Below, piece by piece: positions 46,632-57,030 of a stretch of DNA of 64,000 bases; position 1 is the first letter of the stretch, and every line of letters begins with the position of its first letter. The notes below the pieces were generated by a model. The model did no database searches and was not told the DNA's origin. It saw only the letters and a list, made by a program, of their open reading frames with translations. Both the position numbers and the translations under genes were made by a program. This stretch comes from an uncultured Acidobacteriota bacterium (GTDB lineage: Bacteria > Acidobacteriota > UBA6911), in contig CAWHCF010000006.1 of the NCBI GenBank assembly GCA_963827655.1, positions 256,001 through 320,000 on the forward strand. Reading direction: 5' to 3'.

Positions 46632-48944
46632 CTACTCCTGGATTTCTTTCAGCAATCGCTTCGCCTCCGGATTCGCAGGATCCAACCGGATGACCTCCTC
46701 GAACAGAGCTTTGGCCTTGGCAGGGGCGCCGGTCCTGAGATGGCAGACTCCGAGCGCAAGGAGTACCCTGGGATTTCCTGGATTCTTCTTGCGGGCCAAT
46801 TCAAAGAACTCAATGGCTTGCGGGAAGTTCGACTTTCGCGCGTACAAATTGCCCAGGTTTATCAGGGTCACCTCGCCTGCCATCCCTTTAGCGACGGCGT
46901 TCTGCAAGGTCTTCAGCGCGTGATCGAGGTCACCCTGCTGTTCGGCAACGACCGATAGGGCATTGTAAATTTCCTCGCGCGAAGCATCAAGTTTGAGAGC
47001 TTGTTCGAAAAGTTGCCTGGACTCCGCAAGTTTGTTCTGCGAGATGAGAATCTGACCGAGATCCAGGAGCGCGGGAAGATACTTCGGGTTCAAGGAAAGA
47101 CACTTCTGCAATTGTTCGATGGCTTCCTCTCCTCGACGCTGGCTCAGATAGAGTTGGGCCAGCCGGTAACGTGAAGAAAGAGCGCCGGTAAACAAAGCGG
47201 TAGCTTTGTCAAAATACCCGACTGCTTCCTGTTGCCGGCCGGCGCCTTCGGCCAACGCGCCAAGGCCGTGCAGCGAGGGAACGTGATCGGGAAACCGCTG
47301 GAGAACCTTGGAGAAATACTGGCCGGAGAGGCGTAACTCGCCACGGTCCGCATGGAGCAAACCCAGATTGTAAGTCGGTTGCAGCTGACCGTCTTTCAAC
47401 TCGACGGATTTCTCGTAGTGGACGACGGCATTTCCGGCGTCGTTCAACGCCTGGTAGCCCTTGCCCAGCAGCGCTTCAGCCCGGCTCAGATAAATTGAGC
47501 TGGTACCCCCCGGCCCGATTCCGCCGAGATAGTCGTGCATGAGTTGGATGCCTTTCCTGGCATACTCGGGCCGCCGGCTCAGCTCGCCGACCGGCGCGTC
47601 CAGATAGGCAGCGCTCAGGTAGAAGACTCTCTCCTTTTCAGAAAGGTCTGCGCCGGTCTCGCGGAAGATCAGTTCAGGGGTCATTGAACCGGTGGAAGGT
47701 GCTTGAACCGAACCTGTTTTGGAATAGATTCCGATCCTGTGATTGGTAAACACCGTGTGGCTTGCATTGGCTGGAACGCCGCGCGGCATGTGGCACTGCG
47801 CACAGTTCCCGGCCAGTTGGGCCGGTGTGTGACGCGACAGTTTTCCGGACGGGTGGCAATCCAGACAACGCTGACGGTAGTGAGCGGCAGCGTTGTTCTC
47901 CGGCACCTTGCGGTGTGGATCGTGACAGCTCGTGCAGGTCATTTGTCCTTGACTCAACTGAAAGCACCTGGAGTCTTCCATGAGGTCCGCATGCTGAACG
48001 ACTTGAAATCCCTCGCGGTTCCGCCCTTGAAGGGCGAACTGCACCGCATAATCGGAGAACGATTGCCCTGGGCGGTAGGAAAAGATTTCTCGATCCGGTT
48101 TGAGAACGCGGATCCCGAGGCTGTCCACGCTGATTTCCATATGACACTGGTAGCAGACCGCGCGCTGGGCCTGTTTCGTATCGCGGCCGGGATTGTAGAT
48201 CGCCTTCCTCAAGGTTTCCTCTCGCTCTCCTTGTGACGCAAGTCGAACGTGCGCTTCGCCGGGTCCGTGGCATCGCTCACAGCCAATTCCCGAAGGTAGT
48301 TTGAAAGGAAAGTAATTGACGTCTTCGATTCGATCTGGAAGCACGCGCGGGTAGGCTGTGTGACAGAAAACGCAAGCCTGCGGGATCGCGCGGGTGAAAT
48401 CCAGATGATCCTGGACGTCGTAGCCCGGTGACATGCCCCAGCGTTTTTCCTGGCTGTACCAGGTAACCGGCAACTGAGTGATCACGCCATTCGGGTGATG
48501 ATGGAGATAGGACCGCGCGTGATTTCCCGAACCCACGATGTAAGTCACTTCTTCCTCGTGGACGTGAATCGGCTCTCGCTTGCTGCCCAGCACATGCCGC
48601 CTTTGAAAAAACTTCCCGTCCTTTTGCAGCATGGTGTAATAGTAGCCGGACTTCTCGTGAAAGAACGTGTTTCTCTTGGAGTAGTCTTCAATGACTTCGG
48701 CATTAGCGGGAGTGGACCAGGAACGCCCCATTCCAAGCCGTTGGAAAGCGTCGTAAGTCTGCCGATGACAGGGAGCGCACGCTTCCTGGCCCGCATACCC
48801 CTCGGGAAGGGTTGCCGGGTCGCCGGAGGCGGCAAGTGCCAGCAAGAACAGCCAGATGATGAAAAGGAAAAGGCGGTGACGAGGAAGCGTTCCGGCGCGA
48901 GCAGCGTTACGGCTAGAAGAGGTGAAAGAGTAACCCGTCACCAT
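46632..48944 (-). CDS. Exported multiheme cytochrome c with C-terminal TPR repeats
   Basis: Seven CxxCH motifs (CAPCH, CVFCH, CERCH, CYQCH, CTSCH, CLDCH, CAQCH), a signal/TM segment and a TPR tail. Confidence 0.9.
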   Translation of the reverse strand: MVTGYSFTSSSRNAARAGTLPRHRLFLFIIWLFLLALAASGDPATLPEGYAGQEACAPCHRQTYDAFQRLGMGRSWSTPANAEVIEDYSKRNTFFHEKSGYYYTMLQKDGKFFQRRHVLGSKREPIHVHEEEVTYIVGSGNHARSYLHHHPNGVITQLPVTWYSQEKRWGMSPGYDVQDHLDFTRAIPQACVFCHTAYPRVLPDRIEDVNYFPFKLPSGIGCERCHGPGEAHVRLASQGEREETLRKAIYNPGRDTKQAQRAVCYQCHMEISVDSLGIRVLKPDREIFSYRPGQSFSDYAVQFALQGRNREGFQVVQHADLMEDSRCFQLSQGQMTCTSCHDPHRKVPENNAAAHYRQRCLDCHPSGKLSRHTPAQLAGNCAQCHMPRGVPANASHTVFTNHRIGIYSKTGSVQAPSTGSMTPELIFRETGADLSEKERVFYLSAAYLDAPVGELSRRPEYARKGIQLMHDYLGGIGPGGTSSIYLSRAEALLGKGYQALNDAGNAVVHYEKSVELKDGQLQPTYNLGLLHADRGELRLSGQYFSKVLQRFPDHVPSLHGLGALAEGAGRQQEAVGYFDKATALFTGALSSRYRLAQLYLSQRRGEEAIEQLQKCLSLNPKYLPALLDLGQILISQNKLAESRQLFEQALKLDASREEIYNALSVVAEQQGDLDHALKTLQNAVAKGMAGEVTLINLGNLYARKSNFPQAIEFFELARKKNPGNPRVLLALGVCHLRTGAPAKAKALFEEVIRLDPANPEAKRLLKEIQE

Positions 48945-49012
48945 TTTCTCATCCTAACACATTTCAAACACCGGCGGGTTCGGGGGATCCCCGCATGGCC
49001 GGGAGGAGCGCC

Positions 49013-49687
49013 ATGTTTCAATCTGATTCAGAGATTTTCAGTTTCGTGAAGACCCACCTTTACGTTGCCGCGGTGTGCGACATCCTCGACGATTTGGGAT
49101 ACCGCCACCAGGCGATGCATCAACGCCTGCGCCCCCTTCTGCCGGATCCCAAAAACTGCGGCTTCGTGGGCCGCGCGCGCACCGCGCGCTGGATGGAGAC
49201 CGACTATGTGGTCGAGGGAAATCCCTATGGACTCGAAATCGAGCTGATCGATTCTCTCAAACCGGGCGATGTTGTGCTCCATTCCACGGATCACGGCGGA
49301 TCCAATGCCCCGTGGGGGGAACTGATGTCCACCATTGCCCAAAGGAACGGCGCCGCGGGCTGTGTGTGTGACAGCCAGATTCGAGATTGCGTGAAAATCA
49401 TGGAACTCGGATTCCCGGTGTATTACTCGGGAATTCGACCGCTCGATTCGAAAGGCCGCGGGTTCATGATGGCGTACGACGTGCCCATTCGTTGCGGAGA
49501 AGTCCTGGTCAACCCGGGTGAACTGGTCTTCGCCGATTTTGACGGAATCGTCGTGGTTCCGCGCCAGGCGGAAGGCGAAGTGTTCCATCGAGCTCAGGAA
49601 AAAGTCGCCAAGGAAAACCTGACTCGAGAGGAACTCCTCCATGGAAAGTCACTGAGCGAAGTCTATAACAAGTACGGGATACTCTGA
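49013..49687 (+). CDS. RraA/HMG-aldolase family protein
   Basis: VCDILD, FVGRART, APWGELM, GCVCDSQIRD, GELVFADFDGIVVVP. Confidence 0.9.
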   Translation: MFQSDSEIFSFVKTHLYVAAVCDILDDLGYRHQAMHQRLRPLLPDPKNCGFVGRARTARWMETDYVVEGNPYGLEIELIDSLKPGDVVLHSTDHGGSNAPWGELMSTIAQRNGAAGCVCDSQIRDCVKIMELGFPVYYSGIRPLDSKGRGFMMAYDVPIRCGEVLVNPGELVFADFDGIVVVPRQAEGEVFHRAQEKVAKENLTREELLHGKSLSEVYNKYGIL

Positions 49688-49753
49688 CAAAGAGTCACTC
49701 GTCGTTGCTTTCTTGGCGCTTCTTGGCGTCTTTGCTTCTTAGAGGTATTTGTT

Positions 49754-50491
49754 TTAGATCGATATTCCGCCATCTACCGGAATCACCTGGCCAGTGATGT
49801 AATCGGAGTCTGCCGATCCCAGGAAGCATACGAGTCCGGTGATTTCCTCGGGCTTTCCAAACCTGCCCGCCGGTATCGCCTCGATGATTTTCGCCCGCAC
49901 CGCCTCCGGAATGGCCTCGACCATGCGAGTTGCCGCGTTGGGTGAGATCGCGTTGACCTGAATGTTGTAGCGCGCGAACTCCTTGGCGTTCGATTTCGTG
50001 AGTCCGATGATGCCCGCTTTCGCCGCGCAGTAGTTCGCCTGGCCGATATTCCCGCGCAGTCCGCTGTAAGAGGTCACATTGATGATCTTGCCGCGCCGGC
50101 GCTCGCGCATCACGTCGTAGGCTGCGCGGGTTGTCGCGAACGTTCCCTTCAGATGGACCTGGATGACCAGATCCCAGTCCGCCTCGCTCATCTTGTGGAC
50201 CATCGCGTCGCGCAGGATGCCGGCATTGTTGACGAGAATATCGACCGGGCCAAATCGAGTCAGGGCAGTCTGAATAATTGCTTCTCCGCTCTGAAAGGTG
50301 CCGACCGGATTAGTATCGGTCGCGGCCTGCCCTCCTTCCTGGTGGATTTCACGAACCGCCTCCGTGGCGGCTGCTTCATCAATATCGTTGACAACCACAC
50401 AAGCCCCCGCGCGCGCCAGCCGAACGGCAATCGCGCGCCCGATCCCTCTGCCGGAACCGGTTACCACCGCCACCTTCCCTTCCAGTTGCAT
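49754..50491 (-). CDS. SDR family oxidoreductase, FabG-like
   Basis: TGSGRGIG, NNAGILRD, GNIGQANYCAAKAG, YITGQVIPVDGG. Confidence 0.93.
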   Translation of the reverse strand: MQLEGKVAVVTGSGRGIGRAIAVRLARAGACVVVNDIDEAAATEAVREIHQEGGQAATDTNPVGTFQSGEAIIQTALTRFGPVDILVNNAGILRDAMVHKMSEADWDLVIQVHLKGTFATTRAAYDVMRERRRGKIINVTSYSGLRGNIGQANYCAAKAGIIGLTKSNAKEFARYNIQVNAISPNAATRMVEAIPEAVRAKIIEAIPAGRFGKPEEITGLVCFLGSADSDYITGQVIPVDGGISI

Positions 50492-51461
50492 TTTCTCGCC
50501 GCCTACTTCTTAGTCTTTTGTGAAAGATTGCGGACGCTCTCAGCGGCGTCCCGGCACTTGCAGTCGCGGTGCAGAACCACACAACGCGCTCGCACCCTCG
50601 ATTCAACGGGAACGGGACGCGAACCGAACTCGGTCTTGCCCCTGGTTTTACACCGATGCGCTGACGCATGAGATGTTGTGCCAAAGGGCACCCTTGGCCT
50701 GCGTCGAAGTTTACTCCATACATGATAAGGTAGCGCAAATCATTGATCCGGGGCTCCACCGCATTGAAGCGATCGGGAGAAGAACGGCATGAGATAGAGT
50801 TTTTCAAGTTTCCGAAAGTTGAGAGATCTGACATTACCCACGCTGTGGAGCGTGGATCTGACCCACCAGGTTGGAGCGGCCGGGAGTCTCACGCGATGGG
50901 TAACACAGTTCGCGAAGGTCTTCATGAACCCTGAAATCGATCCCGCCACCTTTTCCCTGGGCTTGAGGAAGAGCGATTGAATCGACCCCTCAAGTCCGCG
51001 TGAACCTGAGGGTCACTCACTGTGGAGCGCGAGCCCTTCACGCCTCTGGTTCGCCGTTTGTTCATTTAATCAATCAACTTCGAGTTCCTTCAACTGGCTG
51101 TCAAGAAAATTCTTCGGCTCTGCCGATCCGGAACGCTACAACGTCCACAAACACCGGCAGTTGTTGTACCTAGCGCGTTGGTCGACCGGCGCGGGAAGGT
51201 TGGACGCGCTAGTGAAGGGTCCGTCGAACAGCGAGACCCGTGGCAGAATAGGCACCGTCATTTGCAGCACTTCGAGTTTTTCGTCTTGGAAAACGGCTAT
51301 CTATTTATGCGCGAATCATGCGCAGACTCATCCTCCCGGGACCTGGGCCCAAGGCGTGGGTTTGCTTCTACCTCTGAATCCGGGAGACGGCGAAACTTCT
51401 CGCGGAGCATGAATAACATGGAATCTTTGGTTCACACGATTATCTTGAGGAAGACAAGTTT

Positions 51462-52076
51462 ATGAGTGGTAACCGCTCGTTTTGGACAACGTTCTATTTA
51501 TGGATCCGGAATCTGCACCTCTACTTCGGGCTCTTTGTCAGCCCTTTGGTCCTTGTCTTTGCCATCAGCACCATAATGCTCAACCACAACTGGAAGCCTA
51601 ATCCAACAGTGGAAAAATCCGTCCACCCGATCAAGCTCGTGGAGGGTCTGGTTGATTATCCCCAGGCCAGACAAATTCTCGATCAGCTTAACATCACGGG
51701 AGAGGTCAACTTCGTGCGCGGCTTCCGCGGCGCTGAGATCGTACGAATTCCGGTGGTGAAGCCCGGCGCGCGCACTGTCGTCAACGTGAACGTAAAGGAG
51801 AGCACGGCTGAAGTCGAACGGCATCACCTGGGCTTTCTGCACAGTCTGCTGTTTCTGCACATCATACCCGGACCCCACAAGGCTGAGTCGAACTGGGTTT
51901 TCACCAAGCTCTGGGGGGCCGTGAGCGACACAACCGTATATCTCATAATCTTTCTTTCGATCAGCGGCATTTACATGTGGGCTGTGCTCAAGGGCGAGCG
52001 CAAGCCCGGGTTCATCTTTTTGGGACTCGGCTGCGCGACGTTTCTGGCGATTCTGGCAGGGTTGCTCGGAGCTTGA
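51462..52076 (+). CDS. PepSY-associated TM helix domain protein
   Basis: RNLHLYFGLF...ISTIMLNH, LLFLH, SISGIYMW. Confidence 0.8.
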   Translation: MSGNRSFWTTFYLWIRNLHLYFGLFVSPLVLVFAISTIMLNHNWKPNPTVEKSVHPIKLVEGLVDYPQARQILDQLNITGEVNFVRGFRGAEIVRIPVVKPGARTVVNVNVKESTAEVERHHLGFLHSLLFLHIIPGPHKAESNWVFTKLWGAVSDTTVYLIIFLSISGIYMWAVLKGERKPGFIFLGLGCATFLAILAGLLGA

Positions 52077-52103
52077 GATTATAGCCATTTACACTCCAGG
52101 AGA

Positions 52104-52745
52104 ATGACGGTGGATTCCAATGCAACGTCCCGCGGAATAGAGATCTGGAACAAGAAAATTCACATCTACCTGGGACTCTACTTCTTGCTTTTCTTATGGC
52201 TGTTCGCGGTTTCAGGCCTGTTCATGAACCATCCCCGCTGGTTCCATGGGATGCCTCAAAGGGACCGAACGGAGCGGGCGGTCCAGGTTCCGGCAGAAGG
52301 AGACGACCTGGAGAGGGCCAAGGCCGTCGCGAAGCAGCTGGGGATTACGGGAGAAATCCTCACGGCGCGCGTGCCGCCGAAGCCGGGTCTCTTCAACTTT
52401 CGCATATTTCGACCCAATCGATTGGCCAACGTCAGCGTCGAGCTCCAAACCAACACGGCTACGATCCAGACGGTTCGGGGCAAACTTCCCGGGGTGCTCG
52501 AAAACATGCACACTTTTAGCGGCGTGCGTGACATCTGGGGCGAGGCACAGTCGAAACGCGACTGGATCTACACCTGGATCTGGAGTATCAGCATGGATCT
52601 GCTCTGCGTCGGCCTCATCATCCTGGTCCTGAGTTCTTACTACATGTGGTACCTGCTGAGAGACAAGTGGGCCTGGGGGCTTGTCGCGTTCGTACTGGGA
52701 CTTGCGGCTTGCGGCTTCTTCCTCGTCGGCATGGGCCGGCTGTAA
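52104..52745 (+). CDS. PepSY-associated TM helix domain protein (paralog)
   Basis: KKIHIYLGLY...VSGLFMNH, LENMH, VLSSYYMW. Confidence 0.8.
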   Translation: MTVDSNATSRGIEIWNKKIHIYLGLYFLLFLWLFAVSGLFMNHPRWFHGMPQRDRTERAVQVPAEGDDLERAKAVAKQLGITGEILTARVPPKPGLFNFRIFRPNRLANVSVELQTNTATIQTVRGKLPGVLENMHTFSGVRDIWGEAQSKRDWIYTWIWSISMDLLCVGLIILVLSSYYMWYLLRDKWAWGLVAFVLGLAACGFFLVGMGRL

Positions 52746-52978
52746 AAGAGCCGGCGGCCAAGCTGTTCCAGCCGTTGGAGGTCAATGCAGATCTGTGCTG
52801 ACGCATCTATGTGAGGCTTCTCGAGCACCGCAATTTTTGCGGGCGATTTGACCAAAGTGGAAGGCGCGTCTGCAGGAGTAGGAAAATGAAAATTGCGTTC
52901 GCTGGTCCTGGAACTGAAAAGCAGAAACCCGCGCTGCGCCGAAGCGTGATTTAACGGGTCTATCGGAACGCGAGGATC

Positions 52979-53255
52979 ATGTCTGCGCTCATGATCATGC
53001 TGATACCTGCGGCCCTCGCGCTGGACGAACTCCCCCGTTGGAAGACGATCGAAACCGCGACGCACCGTTTTGGTGAAATTGCCCCGGGGGTTTATTTCGT
53101 TACCGGCACGGGCAGAGTGTTCGTTCACGGCAACTGCATTGTGATCGTCAATGATTCGGACGCCATGGTCGCTCACACGTTTCGCCGAGTGCCGGGCGGG
53201 CTCTCATAGAATCCATCAAGAAGATAACCGACAAGCCCATCCGGAAGGTCGATCT
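52979..53255 (+). pseudogene. Truncated metallo-beta-lactamase-fold hydrolase fragment
   Basis: EIAPGVYF...GNCIVIVNDSDAMVAHT, then in another frame LIESIKKITDKPIRKV; it stops before the HxHxDH motif. Confidence 0.6.
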
Positions 53256-53632
53256 TACCCAACCCCTTTCCGTCTATTCGGCATTGTCGCTTCACGTCAA
53301 GAACCTTGAACCTCGGATTGGAGTCCGGCTGTACCAGCGTTTCGAAGAACTGGAGAAGCACGGATCGCGCTGAGTACAACCCCATTCATTGAGTCCGCCT
53401 CCAGGGCAGTTTCATCCGGGAGCTGAGATGGTTCATTTGAGACTCCATCCGTTGTGAGTACCGGCGAAGCGCACTGGATCAGGGTCGGACGCGGAATTTA
53501 CAGGAGCGTCAAGCGTTGTCGCTGGTCGACTCGATCCACGCTTGCCGAATCCGATCCCGTTCAGTACGATACGTTCCCGATTCATCGGAGGTAACACCGG
53601 AGCTGTGATCGGATTTCGGGAGTGGCACTGAA

Positions 53633-54562
53633 ATGACATACAGGCTGGGCCAGATCGGGTTGGGGACTCTTGGACGGATTTTTGCCGGACACCTGCTGAA
53701 GTCAAACGGCCGCCTGGTTGCTTACGACCAAAACCAGGACTGCATGGATCGCGCGGCGAAGCTAGGCGCCACGCCGGCCGCGTCCCCTCGTGATGTCGCT
53801 GAGCAGAGCACGATAATCGTTTTTGCGCTGCCCTCCCCCGATGTGGTGAAAAACGTAATGCTCGCCGACGACGGCGTTCTCGCGGGAGCCGCTGCCGGGA
53901 CCTTAATTCTCGACCTCAGCACCGGAGATCCCTGGACCTGCAACGCAATGTACCGGGCATCCAAGGAACGCGGCGTTCACTACCTCGAGGCGCCGGTAAG
54001 CGGCGGAGAGCCGAGAGGCGCAGGAACCGAAGGCGCCCGCGCCGCCAATATAACCTTTATGGTTGGGGGTGACGAAGAAGTCTTCGAACGCGCCAAGCCA
54101 ATCCTCGGGATTCTCGGCAAACACTGGTTCCATCTGGGCCCGGCCGGGAATGGAAGTGTGGTCAAGTTGATCAGCAACCTGATATCGGGATTGAACAATC
54201 TCGTAGCCGCTGAGGGATTCGCCCTTGGAGTCGCCGCCGGTATCTCCTGGGAAAAGATGCTCGAGGTTTTCTACCACACGGATGCCAAGAGCTATCAGAT
54301 GACCGACTACATGGAACCGCGCCTGCGGCGTGGGGACTTCGAGCCGGGGTTCAGCGTGGACCTGATGTATAAGGACCACCGTCTTGCGGGAGAACTGGCG
54401 CAGCGCCTCCAGGTGCCGGTATTGTTCAACCAGCTGGCGCTCCAGGTCTACCAGATGCTGCGGGCCCATGGAAAGGGTAGCAGGGACTTCGCCGACGCGG
54501 TCAACTTGATGGCTGGATGGGCCAATCTCGAAATCAACCAGCCGCGTGAAACCCTCTTCTAG
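53633..54562 (+). CDS. NAD(P)-dependent beta-hydroxyacid dehydrogenase (3-hydroxyisobutyrate/GarR family)
   Basis: IGLGTLG, LEAPVSGG, FMVGG, GNGSVVKLISN, FEPGFSVDLMYKD. Confidence 0.92.
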   Translation: MTYRLGQIGLGTLGRIFAGHLLKSNGRLVAYDQNQDCMDRAAKLGATPAASPRDVAEQSTIIVFALPSPDVVKNVMLADDGVLAGAAAGTLILDLSTGDPWTCNAMYRASKERGVHYLEAPVSGGEPRGAGTEGARAANITFMVGGDEEVFERAKPILGILGKHWFHLGPAGNGSVVKLISNLISGLNNLVAAEGFALGVAAGISWEKMLEVFYHTDAKSYQMTDYMEPRLRRGDFEPGFSVDLMYKDHRLAGELAQRLQVPVLFNQLALQVYQMLRAHGKGSRDFADAVNLMAGWANLEINQPRETLF

Positions 54563-54700
54563 GGGTCGCCCAACGCTGCGAGTCGAACGCGCTTCGCCTG
54601 CCACCCGGCCTCAGGTAACAGGAAATACCTTCAAACGCCAGTCGCCAACCAGAGCGGAAAAACTTGATCGAACTGTGAACTTTGTGCGCGCCAAGAGATC

Positions 54701-56713
54701 CTAGAGCAGATCCCGCGGGAATGTAGAGTCCCAGGTCTTCGAATCCACTCGCGTGTCCCCCTCAAATGCCTCCACGGCCGCCCTCAGGCGGAACGCGTCG
54801 GCGGTCGAGGTGAGTGTAGCGCTGGCCTCGACACGGGTCCGCCAATCCCCACGAGCGTAGCCGTAGCGCCGCTCCATTGTCATCGCTGCACTCAGCGGGT
54901 CGTTATCACGGATAGTGTAGCGGTCGATAATGACCTCTTCCACCTCCAGTCCGGTATCGTCGATGCGGTAAATCCCGTTGTCCTGAAAGTCAGTTACCCT
55001 TACCTCGCGAGAGCCGAGGTCGCGTTCAACCGAACTCCTTTTGATAGCAGGGCGAAGGATAGTCCGGGCCAGCGAGCGTGCCTGCTCGGGCGGACCCAGA
55101 CTCCGGACATTCTCATCTTCGGGGCGCGCCCGCCGCACCGGAAGGTCAAGGAAGCTTGCGCCCGTGACGACTTCGAGAGTTGCTCTTTCCGGCATTGGCC
55201 ACGCGCGGTGCCAGTAGCTCGTCGAAACTGCCACGCGGATACGGTGACCGGCGGCAAAACGGTGGGAAATTTCTTCGAGCTGCACGCTCACGCGGTAGCG
55301 GCGTCCGGGCTCGAGGAACTCCGGACGTTCGTGGCTGTCACGCCGGGAGAGGTTCAGAATGCCGAAGCTCACGAAGAGTGAGGCTCCGTCGGGTGAGACG
55401 TCGGTGAGTCTCACTGCGGCCATGGCAATCCGTCGGTCCGCCGACAGTTGCAGCGTGACCACCGGTGCGCCAAGGATCGCCAGCGGCTCCGCAAGAGGCG
55501 CCGAGTCGAAGCAGAGCGAGCATCCGTCTTCTTCTCGCTGGTCGGCTGCCTGATGGTCATCGAATGCAGAGTGCCAATAGTTCGAGGCGAGGCCGACGGT
55601 CTCGGTCGAGCAGATCCATCTGGGAATCTCGGCCTCCGGAGATGCATCGAGGGTTCCTCCGTTGAGGAACATCCGGGTGGTCGCGATGTTCGGCGACGGC
55701 CAGGCCGGCTCCTCAACCCAGCTACCCTCACGCACTGCGGCTCGCGGGTCCGGGATTGCGCTGTCCTGCTGCCAGACCCGCAGCATCGGTTCATCCATGA
55801 CTCCGTTGTCAATTCCCTTGAGCCAGTATTCCCACCATCGAACCGCCTCCTGGAGGAACCCGACCGCAGGACCCGGCTTGCCGTCGTGCGGATAGAGATG
55901 CCCCCAGGGGCCTACCAGCGCTTTGCGCGGGCAGCGGAGACCATTGAGCATTCTGAAAATCGAGCTGGAGAAACCATCGAGCCAGCCACCCACCAGGAAA
56001 GTGCCGCACGCGATGCGGCCGTAGTCCTCGCAGATGGAGGTGCGTTTCCAGAACTCATCGTAGCGCTGGTGCCGGAACCAGTTCTCCAGCGGCATGGCAT
56101 CATTGGCCAGGCGCTCCTGCCACATCGCGCGCCAGCGTTCGCCGACTACAGCAGGGTCCGGAGGGCGCCGCAGTTGGGCGAGAAACAGGGTGCCCCAAAC
56201 CATCTGGATATCGGTGAGGCAGCCCCCAAGGTAGTGATCGTTGTCGAAGTAGGTGTTGTCGGTGGCGCACACGGAAAGGATCGATTTCAGTTCGGGCGGC
56301 CTGCGCGCGGCGACCTGAAGCGCGTTGATTCCACCCCAGGACTTTCCAAACATTCCCACGTTGCCGGCGCACCAAGGCTGGCGAGCTAACCAGGCGATCA
56401 CCTCGACCGCGTCCAGTTGTTCCTGCTCCTCGTACTCGTCGCGCATGAGACCATCGGAATCCCCCGATCCTCGCATGTCCACTCGCAGTGAAGCCAGTCC
56501 ATTACCGGCGAAATAACGATGGATCGGTTCGTCGCGCGGCCTTGTGATGTCGCGCCGGCGATAAGGGATGTACTCGAACACCGCCGGCACCGGTTTTTCT
56601 TTGCATCCGTCCGGAAGCCAGGCTCGCGCAGCCAGCCTGCATCCATCCGGCATGGGAATCCAGAGCGTCTCGATCTCGTGCACATCGTGAGGAAACGAAG
56701 TGACAACGGTCAT
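54701..56713 (-). CDS. CocE/NonD family hydrolase (peptidase S15-like)
   Basis: IPMPDGCRLAAR, EYIPYRR, VDMRGSGDSDG, GMFGKSWGG nucleophile elbow, GGWLDG, GPWGH. Confidence 0.92.
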   Translation of the reverse strand: MTVVTSFPHDVHEIETLWIPMPDGCRLAARAWLPDGCKEKPVPAVFEYIPYRRRDITRPRDEPIHRYFAGNGLASLRVDMRGSGDSDGLMRDEYEEQEQLDAVEVIAWLARQPWCAGNVGMFGKSWGGINALQVAARRPPELKSILSVCATDNTYFDNDHYLGGCLTDIQMVWGTLFLAQLRRPPDPAVVGERWRAMWQERLANDAMPLENWFRHQRYDEFWKRTSICEDYGRIACGTFLVGGWLDGFSSSIFRMLNGLRCPRKALVGPWGHLYPHDGKPGPAVGFLQEAVRWWEYWLKGIDNGVMDEPMLRVWQQDSAIPDPRAAVREGSWVEEPAWPSPNIATTRMFLNGGTLDASPEAEIPRWICSTETVGLASNYWHSAFDDHQAADQREEDGCSLCFDSAPLAEPLAILGAPVVTLQLSADRRIAMAAVRLTDVSPDGASLFVSFGILNLSRRDSHERPEFLEPGRRYRVSVQLEEISHRFAAGHRIRVAVSTSYWHRAWPMPERATLEVVTGASFLDLPVRRARPEDENVRSLGPPEQARSLARTILRPAIKRSSVERDLGSREVRVTDFQDNGIYRIDDTGLEVEEVIIDRYTIRDNDPLSAAMTMERRYGYARGDWRTRVEASATLTSTADAFRLRAAVEAFEGDTRVDSKTWDSTFPRDLL

Positions 56714-57030
56714 GCGTATGCCGCTGAGGACGAAGTAATTCTCTGGACGCCTTCAACCATCGTTTTCGACCTGCTCAGTCGTGTTGCGGCATTCGGAACG
56801 TAGCGGAACGCGATTCTACGGACGCATGAGAAAAAGTCAAGGCGCCCGGATACTATCAGCCCCGGACCTCGCGGCAGCAAGCTGCCGCGCTGGTCGCGAG
56901 GAACCATTGCGTGCGCTCGGCGCGAACTTTTGTCGCTTGACAGGATAGAATCACTAAACGAATATCCGCATTTCGAATCCGTGGATACCAAGTGCTGCTG
57001 TTCGCAATTACGGTGACGTATTTTGGCAGT

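Noticed and set aside
50492-51105. Known riboswitch (TPP, SAM-I, cobalamin, glycine, c-di-GMP) upstream of the SDR gene
   Set aside because: No consensus core of these classes was found by eye on either strand; kept only as an unclassified structured candidate
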